Positions 27,906-33,263 of a DNA stretch of 33,263 bases are shown here, piece after piece (position 1 is the stretch's first letter; every line of letters begins with the position of its first letter). The position numbers and the translations under genes are program-made. Source of the DNA: Deltaproteobacteria bacterium (GTDB lineage Bacteria; Desulfobacterota; Dissulfuribacteria; Dissulfuribacterales; QOAL01); assembly GCA_015486425.1 (NCBI GenBank), contig WFRQ01000410.1:1-33263 (forward strand), in the 5' to 3' direction. The notes below the pieces were generated by a model that was given only the letters and a program-made list of their open reading frames with translations, was not told the origin of the DNA and ran no database searches.

Positions 27906-28006
27906 CTATAGTGAAACAGAAGCCTTCCCTGCTGTTTTCATGTCATGACGCATGGAAGCTGATAAACGGCACTGCATGAAAATTTCAGTTGAATATCCTG
28001 AGACCA

Positions 28007-28669
28007 TCAAGTGTTAAGGGACATAACCTCAGCATCCTTGTCCATCAGGACCTCGCCCTTGAATATCCAGACTTTTACACCAATAATACCGTATGTGGTA
28101 TTAGCCTCTGCAAATCCGTAATCTATATCTGCGCGCAGTGTATGAAGCGGAACCCTTCCCTCAAGATACCACTCCTTGCGGGACATCTCTGCACCGCCTA
28201 ACCTGCCTGAACACGCTATTCGGATTCCCTTGGCGCCAAATTTCAGAGCGATTCCCACAGCCCTCTTCATGGCACGCCTGAATGATATGCGTCTCAAAAG
28301 CTGGGAGGCTACATTTTCAGCCACTAACTGGGCATCAAGTTCCGGGCGCCTTACCTCTGTGATATCAATCATAACCGGCTTGCGCACCATCTGCTGCACA
28401 CTCTTCTTGAGAGCTTCAATTTCCGCGCCTTTCTTGCCGATAACAATCCCGGGCCTTGCAGTGTGTACCTTTAGCCTCAGGCGTTTTGCTGCCCTTTCAA
28501 TCTCTATTTTGGAAATTCCTGCATGATAGACCTTGTCTTTTACAAACTTCCGGATCCTGAAATCTTCCTGAACAAGTGCAGGGTAATCCTTCTTTTCCGC
28601 ATACCAGTTTGATTCCCAGAACCTGGTTATCTTCAGTCTGAGGCCTATCGGGTTGACTTTCTGTCCCAA
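28007..28669 (-). CDS. rpsC: 30S ribosomal protein S3
   Basis: 220 aa. [11 protein letters not shown]...KH-domain and GRLGGAEM motifs. TTG start after AGGAGG. Confidence 0.97.
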   Translation of the reverse strand: MGQKVNPIGLRLKITRFWESNWYAEKKDYPALVQEDFRIRKFVKDKVYHAGISKIEIERAAKRLRLKVHTARPGIVIGKKGAEIEALKKSVQQMVRKPVMIDITEVRRPELDAQLVAENVASQLLRRISFRRAMKRAVGIALKFGAKGIRIACSGRLGGAEMSRKEWYLEGRVPLHTLRADIDYGFAEANTTYGIIGVKVWIFKGEVLMDKDAEVMSLNT

Positions 28670-28756
28670 AACTTCCTCCTGTTAAAAATCACTTTTTTTG
28701 CTTAGTGAAATAAAACTCATCCCACTCATCCGAATGTTGCTACTGATAATCATCTG

Positions 28757-29089
28757 CTAATACTCATCCAGGACGATGGTAATATGAGATAACTTATGAC
28801 GTATTCCGTACGCCCTGCCCATGGCCCTCGGACGCCATCTTTTAAGCTGGGGACCCTGATCAACCGTAATAGTCTTAACGTACAGTGAATCTACATCTAT
28901 ATTTGTATTGTAGTCCGCGTTGGCCAGAGCGGATTCCAAGACCTTTTTTATAATCCTGGCGCCCTTCCTCGGCATAACAGAAAGCATCTCAAGCGCCTCG
29001 TCTGCGGGCTTGGAGCGAATAACATCCGCCACCAGCCGTGCCTTCTGAGGCGATATTCTTCTATATTTGGCTACAGCTCTTGCTTCCAT
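28757..29089 (-). CDS. rplV: 50S ribosomal protein L22
   Basis: 110 aa. RISPQKARLVADVIR...VDQGPQLKRWRPRAMGRA. Confidence 0.96.
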   Translation of the reverse strand: MEARAVAKYRRISPQKARLVADVIRSKPADEALEMLSVMPRKGARIIKKVLESALANADYNTNIDVDSLYVKTITVDQGPQLKRWRPRAMGRAYGIRHKLSHITIVLDEY

Positions 29090-29106
29090 TGCTCCGTACC
29101 AATCCT

Positions 29107-29385
29107 TTATTTGCGTTTGGACTTCTTGTCAGCGGCATGCCCGTAATAGGTCCGTGTAGGTGAAAACTCACCGAGCTTGTGACCAACCATGTTCTCAGTT
29201 ACAAATACCGGTATGAACTTTCTGCCATTGTGTACGGCAAATGTAAGTCCGACCATTTCAGGTATTATCATTGATCTCCTGGACCACGTCTTTATGACCC
29301 TGTGATCCTTGTTCTCATTTGCCTTGATCACCTTTTTCAACAGATGACCGTCAACAAAGGGTCCTTTCTTAACTGACCTTGGCAC
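29107..29385 (-). CDS. rpsS: 30S ribosomal protein S19
   Basis: 92 aa. [11 protein letters not shown]...[27 protein letters not shown] start after AAGGAG. Confidence 0.97.
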   Translation of the reverse strand: MPRSVKKGPFVDGHLLKKVIKANENKDHRVIKTWSRRSMIIPEMVGLTFAVHNGRKFIPVFVTENMVGHKLGEFSPTRTYYGHAADKKSKRK

Positions 29386-29502
29386 GTGCAGACTCCTTAA
29401 AACAGTATTTTGTGAGGTAAGCTTATCAACCGGAGGTTCATAGTGCTCCCGCCCCTGTCCATTCCGTATATACGGGCCATATGCCCTCTTACCTTAATCC
29501 TT

Positions 29503-29595
29503 TTTTCGTGAAAAATCCGCAAGTTAAAGATGGTTTTAGTTAAACCTTCTTCTCGCTCCACCCATGCAGTGCGACACTCTCTATAATGAAAAATA
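29503..29595 (-). repeat. Possible divergent copy (C4) of the family C motif in the 243-nt rplB-rpsS spacer
   Basis: - strand: TTTTTCAT...GTCGCACTGCATGGGTGGAGCGAG, about 36 nt, then ATTTTTCACGAAAAA. Same order and spacing of hairpin and TTTTCACG box, but low identity. Confidence 0.3.
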
Positions 29596-29628
29596 CAGGC
29601 AAACTCTCAGTATATTCTCACTATAAAG

Positions 29629-30456
29629 CTATTTCTTATAGCGCCTGCGCACTATGAATGCATCACTGGGCTTTTTTCTTCTTGTTCTGTAACCCTTGGT
29701 AGGCCAGCCCCATGGACTGCAGGGATGACGTCCACCTGAAGAGCGTCCTTCACCTCCACCCATTGGATGGTCAACCGGGTTCATGGCAACGCCTCTCACA
29801 TGGGGGCGTCTGCCCATCCATCTTGACCTGCCTGCCTTTCCAATTGAGATATTCTCGTGATCAAGATTACCTACCTGACCGATGGTGGCTCGACACGTAT
29901 TGAGTATCATCCTCACTTCGCCGCTGGGAAGCCTTATCTGAGCATACTTACCCTCTTTGGCCATAAGCTGAGCGGCAGTGCCTGCGCTTCGAACTATCTG
30001 CCCTCCCTTGCCTGGTCTCATCTCTATATTATGGATAAGTGTACCAAGGGGGATATTTTTCAGGGGCATGGAGTTGCCGGGTTTTACATCAGTAACTTCA
30101 TCGGAAACCACCATATCACCCACGTTCAGTCCGTGAGGCGCTATAATATATCTCTTCTCACCATCCAGGTAGTGAAGCAGAGCAATTCTCGCAGAACGGT
30201 TGGGATCATATTCTATAGAGGCAACCTTTGCAGGTACAGCAAACTTGTTTCTGCGGAAATCAATTACCCTGTACTTTCTCTTGTGTCCGCCACCGCGATG
30301 ACGGGAGGTAATCCTGCCATATGAATTTCTGCCACCGCTGCGATTCAGCTTCCTGAGCAGGGATCTTTCAGGCCTGCCCTTGGAGAGCTGCTCATCCACC
30401 ACAATACTCATGCCACGCCTGGCAGGTGAAGTCGGTTTGTACTTTTTAACAGCCAT
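29629..30456 (-). CDS. rplB: 50S ribosomal protein L2
   Basis: 275 aa. [15 protein letters not shown]...[18 protein letters not shown]. Confidence 0.97.
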   Translation of the reverse strand: MAVKKYKPTSPARRGMSIVVDEQLSKGRPERSLLRKLNRSGGRNSYGRITSRHRGGGHKRKYRVIDFRRNKFAVPAKVASIEYDPNRSARIALLHYLDGEKRYIIAPHGLNVGDMVVSDEVTDVKPGNSMPLKNIPLGTLIHNIEMRPGKGGQIVRSAGTAAQLMAKEGKYAQIRLPSGEVRMILNTCRATIGQVGNLDHENISIGKAGRSRWMGRRPHVRGVAMNPVDHPMGGGEGRSSGGRHPCSPWGWPTKGYRTRRKKPSDAFIVRRRYKK

Positions 30457-30746
30457 TATACACCTTCAAAAAAGTCTATGGTCTCTCCGGGATAAAGCCT
30501 GACTATGGCACGCTTTACGTCGGCTCTTTTGCCAATGAAACGGCCCTGTCTCTTGACCTTGCCCCTGCGGTTCATGGTCTGAACGGCAAGTACCTTCTTA
30601 TTGAATATTTTTTCAACTGCCTTCTTGATCTCTATCTTGTTGGCATCTTTCTTCACAAGGAATACTACCTGATTGGCATTTTCCTTCTGAAAAGTAGCCT
30701 TTTCTGTAACCAGAGGCTTTACAAGAACTGAGTATAAATCTTTCAT
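30456..30746 (-). CDS. rplW: 50S ribosomal protein L23
   Basis: 96 aa. [12 protein letters not shown]...[20 protein letters not shown]. Confidence 0.95.
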   Translation of the reverse strand: MKDLYSVLVKPLVTEKATFQKENANQVVFLVKKDANKIEIKKAVEKIFNKKVLAVQTMNRRGKVKRQGRFIGKRADVKRAIVRLYPGETIDFFEGV

Positions 30747-31366
30747 GGTTTGAGCCTCTCCTCCAGGGCGTTTACATCAGACTCCCTTATAACGAGAAAA
30801 TCATACTTCAAAAGATCATAAACATTCAGACCCGGTTCAGGTACTACAGAGACCTTAGGCAGATTCCTGGCAGAAAGACGCACATCCCGGCTTTCCTGAT
30901 CTACCACCAGCAACGCACTGTTTATGCCGAACCTGTCTAACAGGGCATGCATGTTCTTTGTCTTAATCTCGCTTATTCCATAATCATCGAGAACAACAAG
31001 GCGGTCATTCATAGCCTTTGAGCTCAGGGCCATACGAAGTCCGAGACGCCTGACCTTTTTAGGAAGGGTGTATGAATAATCTCGTGGTTTCGGGCCGTGA
31101 GCAGTTCCGCCATGCCTCCACACGGGGTTGCGGCTGCTTCCAACCCTGGCCCGACCAGTGCCCTTCTGACGCCAGGGCTTTCTTCCGCCGCCTCTTACTT
31201 CAGCCCTGGTCTTGGTACAGGCAGTGCCTGCACGCTTTTTGGCCTGCTGCCACCTTACCACTTCGTAGAGAAGGCCTTCCCGGGGCTCAACGCCAAAGAC
31301 ATCATCACTGACGTCAAGCTCTCTGATCTTTTCCTTATTCGCGTTATAAATCTGAAGGGTAGCCAT
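30743..31366 (-). CDS. rplD: 50S ribosomal protein L4
   Basis: 207 aa. RGGGRKPWRQKGTGRARVGS motif. Overlaps the rplW start. Confidence 0.96.
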   Translation of the reverse strand: MATLQIYNANKEKIRELDVSDDVFGVEPREGLLYEVVRWQQAKKRAGTACTKTRAEVRGGGRKPWRQKGTGRARVGSSRNPVWRHGGTAHGPKPRDYSYTLPKKVRRLGLRMALSSKAMNDRLVVLDDYGISEIKTKNMHALLDRFGINSALLVVDQESRDVRLSARNLPKVSVVPEPGLNVYDLLKYDFLVIRESDVNALEERLKP

Positions 31367-31437
31367 GCTGTATCCCTGTATATCGTAGTTCTGTCATTAA
31401 TCCTGTGCCCAGGCTGATTCAAAAACCCTGGCCCGGC

Positions 31438-32067
31438 CTACTGAAAATGCACTATAACCATCTGGTTTACTGCGCCAGGCACCGCTCCCCTGACAAGAAG
31501 CAGATTCTCGTCATGTCTTACATCTACAATAAGAGCGTTCTTGGTAGTATGGCGCTTTCCACCCATGCGGCCAGGCATCTTCTTGCCCTTAATCACCTTT
31601 CCTGGATATGCGCTCATACCTGATGAACCCACGGCCCTGTGATGTTTTGATCCGTGTCCCATGGGCCCTCTGGAAAAACCGTGTCTCTTTACAGTGCCTG
31701 CATATCCACGGCCCTTGGTAATACCGATGATATTGACAAGCAGTCCGATTTCCGCATCCTGCAGGGTAAGAACCTGCCCTTCGGTAAAGGCATCAACGTC
31801 ACCCACCTTGACTTCACGCAGGTATCTGAAACCGTGATCAAGCCCGGCCTTCTGGACCATGCCCTTTTCAGGCATGTTAAGTCGGGACAGAGGTTTGGTG
31901 CTGTAGCCGAGCTGCAGGGCATTGTACCCTTCTCTGTCCTGAGTCTTTTTCTGAACCACTGTACAGGGCCCTACTTCAAGAACAGTAACAGGAACCCTGC
32001 TTCCGTCCTCTGCAAAGACCTGCGTCATTCCGATTTTACGGCCCATGAGGCCTGTTATCTTAGACAT
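31438..32067 (-). CDS. rplC: 50S ribosomal protein L3
   Basis: 209 aa. GLMGRKIGMTQVF...ITKGRGYAGTVKRHGFSRGPMGHGS. Confidence 0.97.
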   Translation of the reverse strand: MSKITGLMGRKIGMTQVFAEDGSRVPVTVLEVGPCTVVQKKTQDREGYNALQLGYSTKPLSRLNMPEKGMVQKAGLDHGFRYLREVKVGDVDAFTEGQVLTLQDAEIGLLVNIIGITKGRGYAGTVKRHGFSRGPMGHGSKHHRAVGSSGMSAYPGKVIKGKKMPGRMGGKRHTTKNALIVDVRHDENLLLVRGAVPGAVNQMVIVHFQ

Positions 32068-32088
32068 CTTGATTTCCGTATCCGCAGT

Positions 32089-32403
32089 TTAAAGCTTGAT
32101 CTCCACATCCACGCCGGCAGACAGCTCCAGTTTCATAAGGGCATCAATGGTCTGCTGGGTGGGCTCCAGAATATCAACAAGGCGCTTGTGCGTGCGCATT
32201 TCAAACTGCTCTCTTGACTTTTTGTCAATATGAGGCGAACGCAGCACAGTATACCTGCTGATCCTGGTGGGCAGAGGAATGGGACCTGCAATCCGGGCGC
32301 CTGTCCTCTTGGCCGTATCAACGATTTCGTTCAAAGACTGATCAAGCAGTTTATGATCGTATGCCTTGAGACTTATTCTTATTCTCTGGGTTGGGATCAT
32401 CAT
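32089..32403 (-). CDS. rpsJ: 30S ribosomal protein S10
   Basis: 104 aa. [17 protein letters not shown]...[29 protein letters not shown]. Confidence 0.97.
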   Translation of the reverse strand: MMIPTQRIRISLKAYDHKLLDQSLNEIVDTAKRTGARIAGPIPLPTRISRYTVLRSPHIDKKSREQFEMRTHKRLVDILEPTQQTIDALMKLELSAGVDVEIKL

Positions 32404-32594
32404 CCCCTATTTCCTCTTCAGTAAATCACTGCCCCCAACATGCATTTCTGAGGGTAATGATGTCACAGACCTTCCCTGACTCAAATCTCATGAGCAGACA
32501 GGCCTGATCTGTCACAGGTTACGGTAACACCGTATCACGGCGCACCGCAGCCTGGTTATGCCTGAATGTTAATGTTTTCCTGTATTCAGTGGTA

Positions 32595-33263
32595 TTACTC
32601 TATAATCTCTGAAACAACACCAGCGCCTACAGTGCGGCCACCTTCACGGATAGCAAAACGAAGGCCCTCTTCCATGGCAATTGGCTGAATCAGGTGAGCC
32701 TCAATGGCAACGTTGTCACCGGGCATTACCATCTCAACTCCCTCTGGGAGGGTCACTATACCGGTGACGTCTGTTGTACGGAAGTAGAACTGAGGACGGT
32801 AACCTGAGAAGAACGGCGTATGACGACCACCCTCCTCCTTGCTCAGCACATATACCTCAGCCTTGAACTTGGTGTGAGGTGTGATGCTTCCGGGCTTTGC
32901 AACTACCTGGCCGCGCTCTACCTCATCCCTCTTGGTACCGCGAAGAAGCACGCCTACATTGTCACCGGCACGTGCCTCATCAAGCAGCTTGCGGAACATC
33001 TCAAGACCAGTACACACTGTCTTGGCTGTGTCACGTATACCAACTATCTCTACCTCTTCACCTACTGTGAGTATGCCGCGCTCTACCCTTCCTGTAACAA
33101 CTGTGCCGCGTCCTGATATGCTGAACACATCCTCAATGGGCATGAGGAAAGGCTTGTCTGTATCACGCTCAGGCTCTTCTATATAACTGTCAAGCGCCTC
33201 CATGAGCTCGTCAATGCACTTGGTCTTCTCAGGATCAGTAGGATTGTTCAGAGCCTCAAGGGC
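32595..33263 (-). CDS. tuf: Elongation factor Tu, C-terminal part (gene runs off the right edge of the window)
   Basis: The frame stays open beyond the ORF-track ATG at 33203 (upstream codons read [28 protein letters not shown]). Domains II/III motifs are present ([26 protein letters not shown]). Confidence 0.96.
   Translation of the reverse strand, partial: ALEALNNPTDPEKTKCIDELMEALDSYIEEPERDTDKPFLMPIEDVFSISGRGTVVTGRVERGILTVGEEVEIVGIRDTAKTVCTGLEMFRKLLDEARAGDNVGVLLRGTKRDEVERGQVVAKPGSITPHTKFKAEVYVLSKEEGGRHTPFFSGYRPQFYFRTTDVTGIVTLPEGVEMVMPGDNVAIEAHLIQPIAMEEGLRFAIREGGRTVGAGVVSEIIE

Noticed and set aside
32486-32497. 12-nt identity (TCAAATCTCATG) between the tuf-rpsJ spacer and the MITE copy 1 insertion site, considered as a preferred target or solo end
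   Set aside because: Chance 12-mer matches are expected many times over in a self-comparison of a 33-kb window, and no MITE terminus adjoins this site.
1-33263. CRISPR arrays, tRNA/rRNA genes, integron attC sites, prophage or defence-gene signatures
   Set aside because: I found no regularly spaced direct repeats with unique spacers, no cloverleaf-capable segments in the gaps I read, and no RYYYAAC/GTTRRRY-bounded sites. Every long ORF is accounted for by a housekeeping family.

Overview
This is a chromosomal housekeeping window. The gene order suggests a Desulfobacterota/deltaproteobacterial-type genome, but that is inference from synteny only.

Gene content:
- + strand: a secreted FN3 + FG-GAP repeat protein at 36..1361.
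- - strand, 1857..12995: one amino-acid/lipid block, ilvB-ilvN-ilvC-psd-pssA-leuA-leuC-leuD-leuB-asd.
- + strand, 13786..15594: a ClC chloride channel with a C-terminal CBS pair.
- - strand, 16009..33263: an almost complete S10-spc-alpha ribosomal superoperon running from tuf (partial) and rpsJ through secY, map, infA, rpmJ, rpsM, rpsK, rpsD and rpoA to rplQ.

I see no defence island, CRISPR array, transposase, integrase, toxin-antitoxin pair or other multi-gene accessory system. I do not claim a novel protein system.

The signal the gene list does not explain is non-coding:
1. A MITE-like element of about 180 bp is present twice, each copy with its own 8-bp target-site duplication.
2. A second palindromic repeat of 109-122 bp is present twice. 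It has covarying stems and four GYATCTRC boxes. One copy lies in the ilvB leader and one lies directly after the ClC stop codon.
3. An 85-nt hairpin-bearing repeat sits in unusually long spacers inside the ribosomal operon, and a weaker copy sits upstream of the ClC gene.
4. The ribosomal cluster has several spacers of 200-300 nt, no rpmD (L30) and no adk.
5. L17 carries an acidic low-complexity tail of about 150 aa, and L24 carries a CxxC...CxxC motif.

All product calls rest on family motifs I recognise and on operon context. No database search was possible. All repeat identities are hand alignments.
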